Source: Eledone cirrhosa
Taxonomy: Eukaryota
Direction of reading: 5' to 3'
Length of the DNA stretch: 64,000 nt
NCBI GenBank assembly: GCA_964016885.1
Contig: OZ024741.1
Span: 382,478,001-382,542,000, forward strand
The stretch's first letter is position 1. Each line of letters begins with the position of its first letter. The notes beneath the pieces are model-generated. The model had not been told where the DNA came from and made no database searches. It saw only the letters and a program-made list of their open reading frames with translations. Positions 1 to 13,546 of this stretch are shown one piece after another. Both the position numbers and the translations under genes were made by a program.

Positions 1-42
1 GACGACTTCACACTCGTCCCAAGCTATTGTGGCCAGAGCCTC

Positions 43-339
43 GTGAAGAGCAGGGTGACCCACGTTCCACCGGCCATCGAAATTCTCTGGCTAATTGCTG
101 CTGTCCTCGCCGCCATCAAAGCCAATACCAAGATAATCGAAATAGCGAAAGAAAAGCAGGAGAACTGGTCCGGATCTGGGATGGAGCTCCTGATCCAAGC
201 GGACCAAAAACGCATTGAGGAGATCCCAGAGGTAATAGGCCTCACTGAGGGCAGCCACCTCACCGTAATCGTCCAGGGCAGAAGGCCTAGGTGTGTCGTT
301 TGTGGTGAAGGAACCCACCTAAGGGCTTTCTGCCCATAG
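43..339 (+). pseudogene. LINE ORF1 (gag-like) fragment with zinc knuckle
   Basis: CVVCGEGTHLRAFC (CX2CX4HX4C) at 292-333, followed by a stop and a Pro/Thr/Lys-rich tract. Confidence 0.8.
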
Positions 340-1077
340 GCTAAAAGGTTGAGGCCACCTCTCTTACCCACCCCAGTGACTCAACCATCAACACCACCAG
401 CAGCAGAGATGGCAGCAACAAAAGAAGCAACTGTAACAGCAACAATCCCAGCAACAGTAGCAAAACCAACACCGCCACCACCCAACGCGCCAGAACTAGC
501 ACCAGCGCCTACACCATCCACCACACCATATACAAAAACCAACGCCTGTGGAGGATTTTCCACTCCCCGACCTATCGCAACTGGAGAGAGATTGTGACGA
601 CGAGGAGTGGGAAACGGTATCAGAAAAAATGAAAAAAAGAAAAAGAAACCAAAAAATAAAAAAACCCTTCCTTCCCCCTCCAAAAACAAAATACAAAGGG
701 AAACAAATAAACTATCAAACAAAAAAGTAAGGACAGCTATGCCACCATCCAGAACCAGCATCACTAACCCCATCACCGCAAACACCAACACCATCACCAA
801 CACCACAAAAGTCACCAAAAAGCGAAACCGAAACAAACCCACAACAAACGCAAACAAAAGAAATCAACCAAAACGATACACACTACACTGCAATAAATTT
901 GAACGACAACCAATTATTACACTACATGAAACACAACACCAGCATCACAGAAAAATACTACAAAACAACCCAAAAGTTCACACCACCTCCACACATACAA
1001 ATCACTCGCATCACACAGAAAACGTACACGACACTAAAACAAAAATTACCCAAAGACATCGGAGACTTCCGACAAGC

Positions 1078-4000
1078 ACTCTCCATAGTGGCCGTCTATG
1101 CCCCGACAGGAGCAGGGCGGCCTGATTTCTTCCGGCGTCTGGAGACCTTTCTTGGAACGCCCCGCTTTTTAGTGTTGGTCGGCGACTGGAACGGGATGTT
1201 AGATGAACACTGGGACTGTGTGGGATTAGCGGATAGGTGTGGAGCGTGCAAGGGCCTCACCAACCTGCTCAGGCGTTTTGAACTGTCTGACAGCTACCGA
1301 TTGGATTTCCCGAATGTGCCAATGTGGACTTGGACAAATCGCATAGGTTCATCCAGATCATATCTAGATAGAGTATTTTGTAGAAAATAGATAGGTCTAG
1401 CATAGGCTCTCCACAATTCAAGATAGTCAGCTACACGGACCACAAATTCGTGATCTGTGTGCTTGACTTAGATAGGCTTCATAGACGAGGAGCTGGCTAC
1501 TGGAAGCTAAACGCGTCCTTACCAGAGCGCAAGGACTACAGAGACTGGATTAACGAACTAATTAAGCGGGCGTTGACGGGGGCCATCATCAACAACAAGT
1601 GGTGGTTTGCTCTGAAAAGAGCGATTAGAATAGAGTCCATTAAGTTTAGTAAGGCTTTAGCAATAGTGAAACATAGAGCAGAGGGAGAACTATTTAGAAA
1701 ATTAGACGAGGCACTTAGGAAAGGCATCGCGACCGACGTACATGCGGCGAAATTGGCCCTTGACCAATTCTTCATTGCAAAGCACGCAGGCTGCGTTATC
1801 AGAGCTAGGGTGCGTGCTCTCAGACACGAGGAAACGAAAGCCGTTCAATGGGCCCGAGTGGCGGAGGTGCGTCGTGGCAACAAGCCACCATCTGGTCTTT
1901 GGTGGACTACGACGTGCGCATGCTACTCGATCCCGGGAAAATGTGTGAAGCTTTTCAGCGACACTTTGCACAGCTGTTCCGGGACAGCGGCGGGCCGGAT
2001 CGAGGGTTGGACTTTAGTGTCTACCTCGACGGACTGCCGCGGCTCTCGGTCACTGAGGCGGAGTGTTGCGAAAAGCCGATAACAGCAGCTGAAATACGGG
2101 AGGAAATGACTGGCTGCACAAGGGGTTAATCGCCTGGTTTGGATGGTCTGCCTTATGAACTTTACGTACAGATGTCAGACTTGTTCGGAGGCCTCTTGGC
2201 CGACGTCTACTGCAACTGGCAACAGAACGGGAGAATTCCCAGCTCTGTGAGCCGAGGAGCTGTGGCGCTGCTGAGAAAGGATCCGAACAAGGGGGATGAC
2301 ATAGATAATTTTAGGCCCATAACTCTGCTAAACACAGAGTTCAACATTTTGGCCAAGCTGCAAGCAAAGAGGTTGACGCTTGTCGTTGGTGGTCTGGTGG
2401 GAGAGGCGCAGACATGCACAATTCCCGACAGATCCATCCACGACAACCTCCACCTCATGCGATACATCGTAGAGGAGGTAGCTAGGGAACCTGGCACGGG
2501 TGGGTCCTTGATCAATTTAGATCAGTCGAAAGCTTTCGATAGGGTCGACCATCTTTACCTAGCGGCAGTCCTGAGGGCGGCTGGCTTTGGGCCCGTCTTC
2601 AAAGGCTGGATCGCTGCCATGCACAGCAACATCTGCTCTGTAGTGAGAGTGAACGGTCACCTTTCGGAACCGTTCAACATCATGCGCTCGGTCCGTCAAG
2701 GATGTCCCCTCTCGTCCTTCTTGTACGTATTGACACTCGAGCCGTTACTGCAGAAACTAGAGACGTTGAGGGGGTCCCGCGCGAACTACGAAGCGGAAGA
2801 TCCGTGTCAGCATATGCGGACGTTGTCACCGTAATGGTGTCGAACGCCAAACACATTGAGGCGATCGACACTACACTAAGAGAATACGAAGGGTGACAGG
2901 AGCAATGATCTACCAGGAAAAGTCAGTGGGCCTGCAGCTCGGCACCTGGAGAGGCATGTCCATGCCGTCCAACACGTCGTCGGGTGCTGGACGGACGGAC
3001 AGGTTAAATTGCTAGGGGTCTGGTTCGGTCCGGATCTCCAGACGGACAAAAACTGGGACGAGGTGACGAGCAGGGTAGCTTCTTTCACTCAAAAATGGGC
3101 GGAGAGGAAGCTATCCGTGAAAGGTCGAGCGGAGGTGGCTAACGCGTATATCGCGTCCGTTATCTACTACCGCCTGACCGTCATACCTTGTCCTAATCCC
3201 CGCCTGACTGCGCTGGACCGTTTGCTCTTTCGCTTATTGTGGAAGGGACGCGCTCCGATGTTCAGACGGTCCATCTTCTGTTAACACCCGCTACGTGGAC
3301 TGCTGGGAATGCCGTGGCTGATGATAAGCAGACACGCGCTCAGGCTACGACATCTCCACCTCTTCCTCGACGGTGATCAGGTGTGGTCGCCGTTTGTCAG
3401 ACGCGTCTTTCCCCAGCTCGTCTCCTTGACGGAGCTGCAGTCCTGGGTCAAGCGAAGACCGGAAGGAGCGCTTGGAGACTGGAATGTTCAGGCGCTCACA
3501 GCCCTCGACCAATCGGGCATTGTGATCGGTGGAAACTCCACCTTGGCGTTCTATAGAGGATTAGTGGAGGGAAAGAGCGACGACGTACTTGGGGAAAATC
3601 TAGGCGTCGACGAAAATCAACCAGCCAATCTCTTCGGAAGAACTTTCGCGCCGTGGCCTATGGACAACTTCCAGAAATCCCTGGCCTGGCAGTGCTACCG
3701 AGGAGCATTGCCAGTTTGTGATAAACTCTACAGGCATGGAGGTGACGTCAGCCGGACATGTCCGAGATGCGCGCAGGGCGACGAACCGTCCTGCACGCAC
3801 TCGTCCTGTGTCCGAGCATTGCTGACTTGTGGGTTTATGTCGAACACCTGCTGTCGCGTGTAGGACGGATCCAGCTATCAGCTGAGTCCATCGTGAGGAT
3901 TGCCCCGCCCTCTTCCTTTAGCCGGGAAGGGCAGGCAGTTTTTATCTGTCTGGTGGCCATGGCGAAAGAGATAGTATGGTGGACACATTTGAAAGGGCTG

Positions 4001-4174
4001 AAGACGAGCACTTACCTCTTCGGTGATGCCCTGATTAACTTTTTCAAATTTCATTTGAAAAGGAAAATCAGGGTTGAGAGGGAAGTGCTCTCTTCCCAGC
4101 ATTTTGTTGAAAGATGGGTGAGAGAGGCAAGAATGGCCCGATTGAATGGGCATACTCTGAGTATGTGTCTGTAA
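1078..4174 (+). pseudogene. LINE ORF2 (APE endonuclease + reverse transcriptase), frameshifted
   Basis: APE motifs AVYAP, LVGDWN, SYLDRV, YTDH. RT motifs DGLPYELY, FRPITLLN, DQSKAFDRV, QGCPLS, AYADV. C-terminal CPRC...HALVLC. The APE N-terminus appears deleted at about 1075. Confidence 0.9.
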
Positions 4175-4447
4175 ATTAAAGGTGGAAAACAGGGAGAGGG
4201 CACTTGCCCTGGTGGTCAGGGTCACTGTGGCTTTTTAATGGGTTTTCTCCACGAATGTCCCTCGGAAGTCTCCCCCCTATTGGGGAATTCTTTTCAGTGT
4301 TCTATTATTACATACTCTGTTTCCTTCTTTTACACGCAGAAATGCCCATTTGTACCGCCCGTATTGTCCTGTACTGTCCTTAATGTCTACTTAATGTACA
4401 CCGTTGTGGTTAATGAAGAAAGCATTATTATTAATATTATTATTATT

Positions 4448-7400
4448 ACAGTTGCATTTATCTTGCTTTATGTTCATACGAGTTATCACCAAGTCACAAC
4501 CAGTGACCTCAAGAGACAACAAGGTCCGCCATGTTCAAGAAAGAACATACATAATCACACATGCATCTTTAGTGTTTAGACTTGTGATGTATTTATATTG
4601 ACAGAATCTTCCTTAGTATATGGGCAGTTCCCATTAGTACTATCTTTTGTATTTCTCCTATACGCGGGTTTCCTGGGATTTGCGATCAGTAATCATTAGA
4701 ACCCTATGGTATCATTCCCAGAGCGCCTACAACCACTGGTATTGTTTTAGTTCTCAATTTCCACATTTTTCCACTTTCTATCTCCAGGTCCTTATACTTG
4801 CTCAATTTTTCAAATGTATTTATAGATACATTCTTGTCTATTGGAACAGACATATCACTTAGCAGGCATACCCTCTTTTTAAAGTCCTTCAATATTATAT
4901 CAGGTCTATTTGCATCTATTGTTCGGTCTGTTTGGATGCTAAAGTTCCACAAGATTGAGATGTGATCTTTTTCAAGTATGGGAGGTGGTTGATGCTCCCA
5001 CCAATTCTTTTGATGGGGCAGGTCAAAATACTTACACATTATCCAATGTATGTATTGTGCAGCTCTGTCATGCCTGTTTAGGTATTCGGTTGGAGCTATA
5101 GCACTGCACATTGAAATTATATGGTCAATGGTCTCTGGTTGTTTTTTGCATACACGGCATAATGGGCTGCATCCATTTTTTATTATGTTGGCTTGGTAAT
5201 TTTTTGTTGGCAGACACTGATCTTGTGCTGATATAATCAGTCCTTCAGTCTCCGATTTCAGTCCAGAGGATGCCAACCAACCACTGATGGGTTAAAGTTT
5301 TGTCAACATCAGGATTGTTAGCTCGCTCTGGGTATTTTCCATACAGAGGCTTTTCTTGCCATTTCTTAGCCAGTTTCTGTAGCAGTTCTTTCTTTGCAGT
5401 TACTTTTACCTGCTTTGCTTTTTCTGTGTTTTCCATTTCAGTAGTAAATGGGACTTCTGAAATTTGTAGTCCTTTACTGTATCTTTGTGCATCTTTTGTA
5501 ATGGAATATGATCTTTTGATGCTTTCGTGTCTCAAAACGAGTTTGATCATCCAATCATGTGATTCCCTTAGATATATAGATAATCCAATTGTTGCAGTTT
5601 TCAACGCAATGTCTAACTGGATTAACCCACGTCCTCCTTCTTTCATAGGGAGATATATTCTATCTATATCTGCCTTAGGGTGATGCATTCTGTGCATGGT
5701 TAAGAATTTTCGAATGTCTGTATCGAGCCTACGGATCTCTGTGCTTGACCAGTTGATGACATTGTAACTGTAGGTTACTACTGGTATGGCAAGCGTGTTT
5801 ATGGCATCGATCCTATTCCTTGCATTCAATTCCGTTCTTAAGATTGCTCTTACTCTGCGGTAACATTCCTTCCTTATCCTTTCCCTCATTGTCGAGTGCT
5901 TGATTCCGTCTCCTTCACAAACACCTAGATATTTGTAAGTTTTTTCTTGATCAAGTTCTTTATCACGTTCCCCCGATCAAGATTAATGTCTGAACTCTTC
6001 AGCAGCTTTCCTCTGTTGAACGTTGATTTGGCGCATTTATCTAGTCCAAACTCCATTTTAATGTCATCACTGAACTGCTTCACGGTGGATAATAGTAATA
6101 GCCCTTGCAATTGTTCATCATTTTTTGCAAATAGTTTCAGGTCATCCATGTAGAACAAGTGATTAATGGTTTTGTCATAGACTTTATATCCATGTTTTGT
6201 TTCATTGAGCATTTTACTTAATGGTATAAGTGCGATGCAGAATAAAAGCGTTGATAAAGTGTCACCCTGAACATTTCCACAATTAATATTAACTTCTCCA
6301 GCTTCCAGTGATTTTGTTTCACTATTCAAAAGGAGTGTCGTTTTCCATGTCTTCATATTGAATGACAAAAACCTCCTGACAACGGGGGATATTTTGAAAA
6401 TCTCTAAACATTTTTCAATCCAACTGTGTGGCAAACTATCAAATGCTTTTTTATAATCTATCCAAGCAATCGATAGATTTTTGTGTCTATTATGACAATC
6501 TTCCAGTATCATTTTGTTAACCAGAAGCTGATCCTTACAGCCATATGAGCCTCGTTTACACCCTTTCTGCTCAATGGGAAATAGGTCATTTGTTATCAGG
6601 TGGTCATATGTGTATTCAGTTAGGACTGATGTTAAAATTTTATACATTGTGGTCAAGCAAGTTATCGGTCTGTAATTTTGGGGATTGTTTGTCTCATCAT
6701 TCTTCGGAAGCAGGAATGTAATGCCGTTAACTAGCCATGATGGTATCTTTTCTGGCTCCTTAACTATTTCATTGTAAAGTTGGGCTAACAGCTCATGAGA
6801 CTCTGTGAAGGCATTTATCCAAAAGTTTTGTATTTTGTCTTTTCCTGGGGATTTCCATTTGCTGGTTTTTCTTAGAGCCAAGCGCAACTGTTCAACTGTT
6901 ATATTTTCCCATATTTGTTCCTCAAGGTGAGCTGTATCTTTCATTTGTCTGTCTATCCATGGGGCATGTATGTTATGAACTTTTTCTTCGGCCCAGATCT
7001 TTTCCCAGAATTCTTGCACTTCCTCCTTGGGTGGTATTGATTTAGCAGTTATTGTTGACTTACCTATTTTCTGTAGAAGTTTCTTTGGTTGTTTTTGAAC
7101 ATATTATTGTCCTTATAGAATCTAGATCGTTTTTCAAAGCGCCTTATACGAGCAGCTTTGACCGACACTTTTTACTTGATTATTTCTATCAGCATGTCTA
7201 TCTCACTTGTTGATTTTACACTGTATTTCCTTTTCAATTTTCTAAGTTTAGTTTGTTTAACATGTTCACCTACTTTATAGTTTGTTAAAATTTCTATGTC
7301 AGATCGGAGAAGGTTTATTTGGCGATTGATGTTCTCTTGCCAAGTAGATTTCTTGTCGGAATTCCTTTGTTTTTTCATCTTCACTCCACATAAGTGAGTG

Positions 7401-8415
7401 GTGACTTTAGCCGATGCATAATAGAGATGATTTAAATCAGTAATGTTTAGTTTGTTTGTGATGATAATGTTTTTGAGAATTATGTTAGTCTTGTGTATTA
7501 TCTTTTGGTTCTGTTTGGGGTTCTGGATCTTAGGGAGGGTGTCTCGTTGCCCCAAGTCAGATTCTTTGATTTTCATCCATTCGATCAAAATTTCATCCTT
7601 CAAGTTGGCAAGTTCATTCTCATTCATTTCTTTATCATTTAGGATCTCATTATTTTCATTTGGAGTTTCATCTTGAGCATGCACTCCCTCCACTTGTTCG
7701 ATCCTTTCTTTAATTAGTTCTGTTGCCAGTGATTCCGCCCCAAACCTGGGATTCGAAGTGTTACAATTTACCTCGTTTTCACTGACACATGTTTCATCTT
7801 CCCTTCGCTGACTTTGTGCTAATAGCTTGATCAGATCAATTTCTATATCAGTTAGTAACTTTTTTCTTACAATATTTCTTCGTATATTGGCTAGTTTGTT
7901 ACTGTCAATATAGCGTCTGTTTTCGGGATGTTTCTTTTTCCAGTTGATATATGTCTGTTCTGTATTCGATGTATTTGATGGGTAGTACATGGCAGTGTAG
8001 AAAGCCGCAAGGACTTCTTTATTATCTTCCCTTGACCATTTTTCACTCTTTTTCTTTGGATTTCTTGGTGGTGAGCATGGAGGGCTAACAGTAGGAGTAT
8101 TCCGTTATGGGAGGTCTCCAGCTCCGAAGTGATGGGAAGGTTTGAACCATTAGCTGATTTTTCGACCCCAGTCTGGTTCCTCTCTGAGGGACGCGGCCCT
8201 TTTTTACCCGGGTGACAGCCGATCCGGTATGAGATTTTATCATTAGACATTTACTTTATTTTGTCGCGTTTTATCCTTATCCGCCAAGGGGTAATCATTT
8301 CGTGTTACCACTTCTAGAACGAGTGTCAACCAAGACTAGAGGGGTCGTTCTCCTCTAGAGACACGGCTATTCCCCGCCGGCCGCCATCCCGGTATTTCTT
8401 GGTCACGGGGTTTTC
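4448..8415 (-). mobile_element. R4/Dong-clade non-LTR retrotransposon with restriction-like endonuclease, near full length
   Basis: Single long ORF region with RT then CCHC and PD-D endonuclease. The 3' end runs into (TAA)n at 4424-4448, the known Dong-type target. Confidence 0.9.
4593..8250 (-). pseudogene. R4/Dong ORF (RT + RLE), several frameshifts
   Basis: NYRPITCL, DYKKAFDS, QGDTLS, HLFYMDDLKLF; CRVC...HIISMC, RHD, RPDIIL..D, EKLSKYKDL, IPVVVGALG. Confidence 0.9.
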
Positions 8416-9405
8416 TTTTTGTTGTTTTTTTTAAATTGTTATTATCATGAGTGGTTCCTTAATGTGAGCATTGCGTGGCTTAAGAATGAAATTATTAATT
8501 ATTGCTTCCACTCCAGGCACAAGGCCAGCAATCACCCAGTGCATTACAATAATATAATATACTTTTTGCTGAAGTTGCCTGTTATTGTTGTTGGCTATGT
8601 CGGTGGTGGTGCTGGGTCTTTTTATATTGTTGGTGAGGAAGGGGTGAGCCAGCAGTGCCATAGTTGTTGATGTTGACGTTTGGCCGGTGGCCAGGTCACT
8701 AAGTCAATCTATTTATATCTTTTGCTAGCCTCTGCCTTGTCTAGTGATACCGCCACCTTCCCCTTTCTCTCTCAAGTTAACAGGGGAATAGTGGTGGTAG
8801 CAATGACGGAGTGGTGGCGGCGGTGATGGGATAGTGGTAGCAATGATGGATGGAGTGGTGGCGGCGGTGGCGTTGTCGTTACTGAGTTTTGTGATATGTA
8901 GTATCTATGAGTTTGTGTCGCGTATGTTTAATATATATTGTGTTGACATATTCCCGTAAAATTGGAATTAAACATTTTGTTAAAACTTGAGACAATAATA
9001 ATAGTAATTATTATTATGATGCTGGGATTGGTGGTCGTGGTGGTGAAATTGCCGTTATCTGGCTGTTATATTTAGTGTGATGGGGTAGGTGGTGTATCAA
9101 GTTTCTGGTGTTGGTGAAATTGCTGTATTTGGCTGTTCTATATAGTGTAGACAGAGGGTGTTTTCTTCCATTTATAACCATTTTCTTTTTTGAATACAAA
9201 ATATATAATACAAAATTGAATATTTGAGCGATATAACAATATAATATGGATCCGAAATTTTATGGGACTTGATTCGGTGGTTTATGCAACATTTGTACTA
9301 AGAATTTTTATTTCACAATTGATTTAAATATGTTAAAAATCAAAAACTTACGGGAGCGATTTCATGACCTTCTACCACCACGTGCGTCTTCTTCCCTTAT
9401 TAATA

Positions 9406-9406
<1 letters not shown>

Positions 9407-9494
<88 letters not shown>

Positions 9495-9525
9495 ATTATT
9501 ACTATTATTATTATTATTAATATTA
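9407..9525. repeat. (ATT)n microsatellite
   Basis: Direct reading. Confidence 0.95.
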
Positions 9526-9639
9526 TAAGTACAGATTAAAGTGTAAGCAAAGAATCACTGCTTTCACCTATTACGGACCTTCCAAATATTTGTCATTACT
9601 ATTTATTATTACTACTATATATATATAGAGAGAGAGAGA

Positions 9640-11700
9640 TAAATATACACGGGTCTGTATGATTGTGTATAGAAGATTATATTAATAAAAGGAATTCCAA
9701 CTTTGTCTGATTTACTCGTTTTATTTACAATCCTTTAAAATTTATAATGGTATTATAATGAAATAGTATGATGGAATATTAAATGTTAAGTGTTAATTGA
9801 ACAAGTACTGTCATGCTTTCGCAATCTTCAGGTTCATAATGTGTGGTGACAGTCAAGTTTGCAATGTTCAACTGTAATGAGATGGGTAAATTTTGTACCT
9901 TATATACAGTGAAAATTGGCTCCAGAATGCTAAATCTTGCAAACTGTATTTCGACCAATCGGTGTGTAGTTTCACTGAATTACTAAAGCTGATTGATTTA
10001 GGCGTCACGGTTGGTTGAGCATGTCTAACGACCACTAATTGATCCTATCCAAAGCATCAATTGTTTTGCTATTTTTAGAATTGATGAAAATAGCATTTTC
10101 TAGTAATCATCAATATCAACATCACTTTTATTTTTATTATTATTGTCGTTGCTGTTGTTAGTGGTCGTAGTTGACATGGTCGTAGTCATAGTCATATAAG
10201 GAGAAATATATCCCATTATTATTGTTCATTTAGCTTGGGTTTGAATTTATCAATAACATTATTTTCTTTGATTTTTCTCTTGATTTCACTCGGGCTGTGT
10301 AATTTGTAGAATGGGAATATTATAAATATTCCCTGACCACATGTTGCTAGATCGTTACTTAGGGGTATCTGACGGACATTTGGGTCTCTGATTTGCTGTC
10401 GGTATACCCGTGCACGTTCCCATAGTGCATTTCCAGTTTGACCGACATATAATTCTTCACAATTCGGGCATTTAATACAGGAAATTAGATTTCTGCTTTT
10501 GCAGTTCATATTTGCATTTGGGAATATTTTTCCAGTTTTTGTTTTCATATATTAACCGGCGTGTATGGATTGACATGTGCGGCATTGACTATCATTGCAT
10601 TTAGATACAGTGAATGATTGGTCTTTGTTGTCAAGGTCAAACTTTGCTTTTGTTAGTAATTGCTTCAAATTTTTCGGCTGTCTTTTACTAAGAGTCAAAG
10701 ATCGATCTGTGATTAAGCCTTTTAATTCATTACTTTGAGCAATGATCTTTAGGTTTACTTTGGCAGTGTTGAAGATATTCTGGTGACATGGGTTGTGTGT
10801 CATTAAAAATAGTATGACCAGTTCTTGGTTTCTTCTTCCTTGGGTTATCCTAAGTTGTTGTATAGATATTTTTATAGCGCGCTGTATGCCTTTTTCTATA
10901 AGTAGAGATGGGTATTTTTGTTTGAGCAAAAGTTCTCTTAGTTCTGTTAGGCGTTTGTACCTGGTCTTCGTATATTCTACAATGGTACAAATTCTTCTGG
11001 CTAGGCAGTATGGGATGTTGCGTTTTGTATGAGCTGGATGGCACGACTTAAAATTCAGATATTGATGGGTGTCTATGTGTTTATAATATATATCAGTGGT
11101 ATTGGTGGTGTCGTTTTTGATTATCATTATATCTAGGTCCTACTCATCTCTTTTGTGAATTGGAGAGATGGGTGTAGGTTATTCAGGAGGAGATTGAACT
11201 CATCCAGAGTATCCCAGAGATTTTGTCCAGATGATGAAACAGTCGTCAGGGTATCTCTTCCAAGATTTTTCAATGTACTTTCTAAAGTCAGTACTATATT
11301 TTTCCTCTATTTCTTGGTAGAGTTGTTGTCTAAGTATCCCATTACAGAGTTCGCGCAAACGGGAGCAAACTTCATTCCCATCGCTGTGCCTCTAATTTGG
11401 ATGTAATTCTTTCCATTGAAGAAGAAAGTGTTGTTTTCCAGAATAAGTTTAACTGCGTCTAATATAAATGGCGCTGTGAATCTCATGGGAAATCACTTCT
11501 CTATGTTTTTCCACCCAGTATTTAACCGCCTTTATTCCTAAATTATGTGTAATGTTGGTGTAAAGGCTTACCACATCAAAACTAAGTAGAAGTGAATTCG
11601 TTTCCGTGGTTTTGGGAAGATAGGACAGGAAGTCGATATCATCCCGGATGAAACTGGGTATGTGAATACATAGTGGTTTCAAAATAATATATATTAATTA
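9640..11700 (-). mobile_element. 5'-truncated, degenerate Neptune-type Penelope-like element
   Basis: RT SFDVVSLYTNI and IQIRGTAMG; thumb HPAHTKRNIPY; linker CX4CX2C (KCNDSQCRTC); GIY-YIG NLISCIKCPNC..YVGQT; hammerhead in the 3' end. Confidence 0.85.
9798..9836 (-). ncRNA. Minimal type I hammerhead ribozyme (GAAA mutated to GACA)
   Basis: tgaac CTGAAGA ttgc-gaaa-gcat GACA gtac tt gttca; stem I tgaac/gttca. Confidence 0.65.
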
Positions 11701-13472
11701 GTTAAGCAAAACAAGACCACGAATTTCACAAGGAACACATTATTAAAAGATTTTCAACATATTTTAGTTTGATGTGAGGAATGTAGAGAATAATATTAAT
11801 AATAATAATGTCCGTTTACAATTGTTACGCTATTCCATATAATATTTCTGGATCAAATGACTATATATCATTATTGATCTGGTTCAGTTGAAAATAATTA
11901 ACATAGTTAAAGATAGAGTGGCTCATCGGAACTTCAACGGAATATAAATTAAAATAAGGCATGAATGTTACATAAATGTAAAGTCCCATATATTGGTATT
12001 TCACTATGGTGTAATGGGTGTATCAATTGTGTGCCATAATCAAGCAGTATTCTTCTGTCGAGGCAGCATTGTGTGAGATCTGCCTATGGGTAACAAGATG
12101 GCCGCCAATGGACATATTTACCTTACTAATTAGAGGGTGGTTTCAGGGGAAGTAACTCCTCGAGAGATTAGAAATTGTGGGTAGTTTATAGTTAAGTGCT
12201 AATTTTTTAATTTTTTAATTTTTTAATTTTTTAATTTTTTAATTTTTTAATTGAGAGACAATGTAAGGGAGGTAACTTATAATTATCTAAGTTAGTTATA
12301 GCTATTTAACTTATTAGCTACAAGTAAAAATGGGGCTAGATGTCTATGTTGGGTCAAATATTCTGTTGGCGGAGAAATTAGCCCTTCGATGTTGACAGCT
12401 AATAGTTACCTCCGTTCTATCCTTAATCGGTAGAGGTCGTGATAGAGTTATGTAATATGCTTCGGTAATACAGTGATCACAAGATAGTCTACGTCGATTG
12501 AACGGTTGGGCTCTAACTAAGATATCCCATGTTAGTGAGTGTTCAATGTTGGTTAATTTAAGGTTTTTAATGAGCCTAGCTAGAGATGTCGAACATTTGT
12601 TGTTAGGGACTCGGAAGGAAAAAGAGTGCGCGTTATAGCGTACCTTAAAAGGGTTAGAGGTAGACCCGATATAGGAGCTTGTATTCGAAATAGTTTTAAC
12701 CGTGCACCTATAGACTATGTTGGGTGTCAGGCAGTGTCCATTTAGTGGGCATGCATTAGGGTAACGGCAGTTGCAGTTACTTCTGCGGTTAGTGAGGGTA
12801 GGGTAGTTTAACCTAAGCGGTTGGTCAGTGTTAGAAGGATTAGGTGGGGGAGGTGTGCTACTAGAGTAAGTATTGGTGGAGTGACGGGGCGTATTTGATA
12901 GCGGTGGTGGTACCGCGGTGTGGGAGTTATAATGTCTTAGTTTATGATGGTTACTGAATGCAATGTGGCTAGCTAGGTTAGGTGTTGTGAAGAATGAAAG
13001 TTTAATGTTATTTTTATTAAAGAGTTTGTAATGTCTATCGTTGGGGGGAATGTTTAGATATGATAGAGAAGAAGCGTTTAGGGATATTAGTGGCTAGATT
13101 AGATGAGAATGGGGACGTTAATCCAGGTGATATTTCTAGGCCTATTCCTTCTAGGGGTTCTAGTGGAGTTTGTAGGGGCCTTCCTAGGGTTATTATTACC
13201 TGGGCATTTGTTATTTGTCATCCCATTACTCATTCCTATTCTAGGGTTGATCTTTAGTTTGCTACTTGGAGTGGGAAGCAGGCCGCTGCCACCATTAAAG
13301 TTTCCTGTATAGGTGCTGTTACTGATAAAATTCCGACGATTCTGGCTATATGCTAAGGTATTTCTAGTTCTAGTATTAAGTTTATTATGGTGAATTTCTG
13401 TTTTATGGCAGTTAGGTATGTAGGAAATGGACTGTTCATAACCGGATTCAGAAAGAGCCTTATTAAAATATG

Positions 13473-13476
<4 letters not shown>
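11700..13476 (-). mobile_element. 5'-truncated Hydra-type Penelope-like element (thumb + GIY-YIG + 3' UTR)
   Basis: Minus-strand translation gives CNCRYPNACPLNGHCL, NIVY..YIGST..FKVRYNAH, CDHC..E, CQHR, with the stop at about 12345. Absent from the ORF track. Confidence 0.85.

Positions 13477-13540
<64 letters not shown>

Positions 13541-13546
<6 letters not shown>

Larger units (their letters stand above)
1..4390 (+). mobile_element. Degenerate Tx1/L1-clade non-LTR retrotransposon (5' end outside the window)
   Basis: ORF1 with a CCHC knuckle, followed by APE endonuclease, RT and C-terminal Cys/His motif remnants, broken by stops and frameshifts. T-rich 3' UTR to about 4390. Confidence 0.9.

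Noticed and set aside
381-857. 158-aa hydrophobic ORF resembling a membrane protein
   Set aside because: Antisense translation of the A/C-rich LINE ORF1 region.
11830-11935. Possible hammerhead (CCGATGA...GAAAT) at the 3' end of the 12-13 kb PLE
   Set aside because: Could not close stems I and III convincingly.
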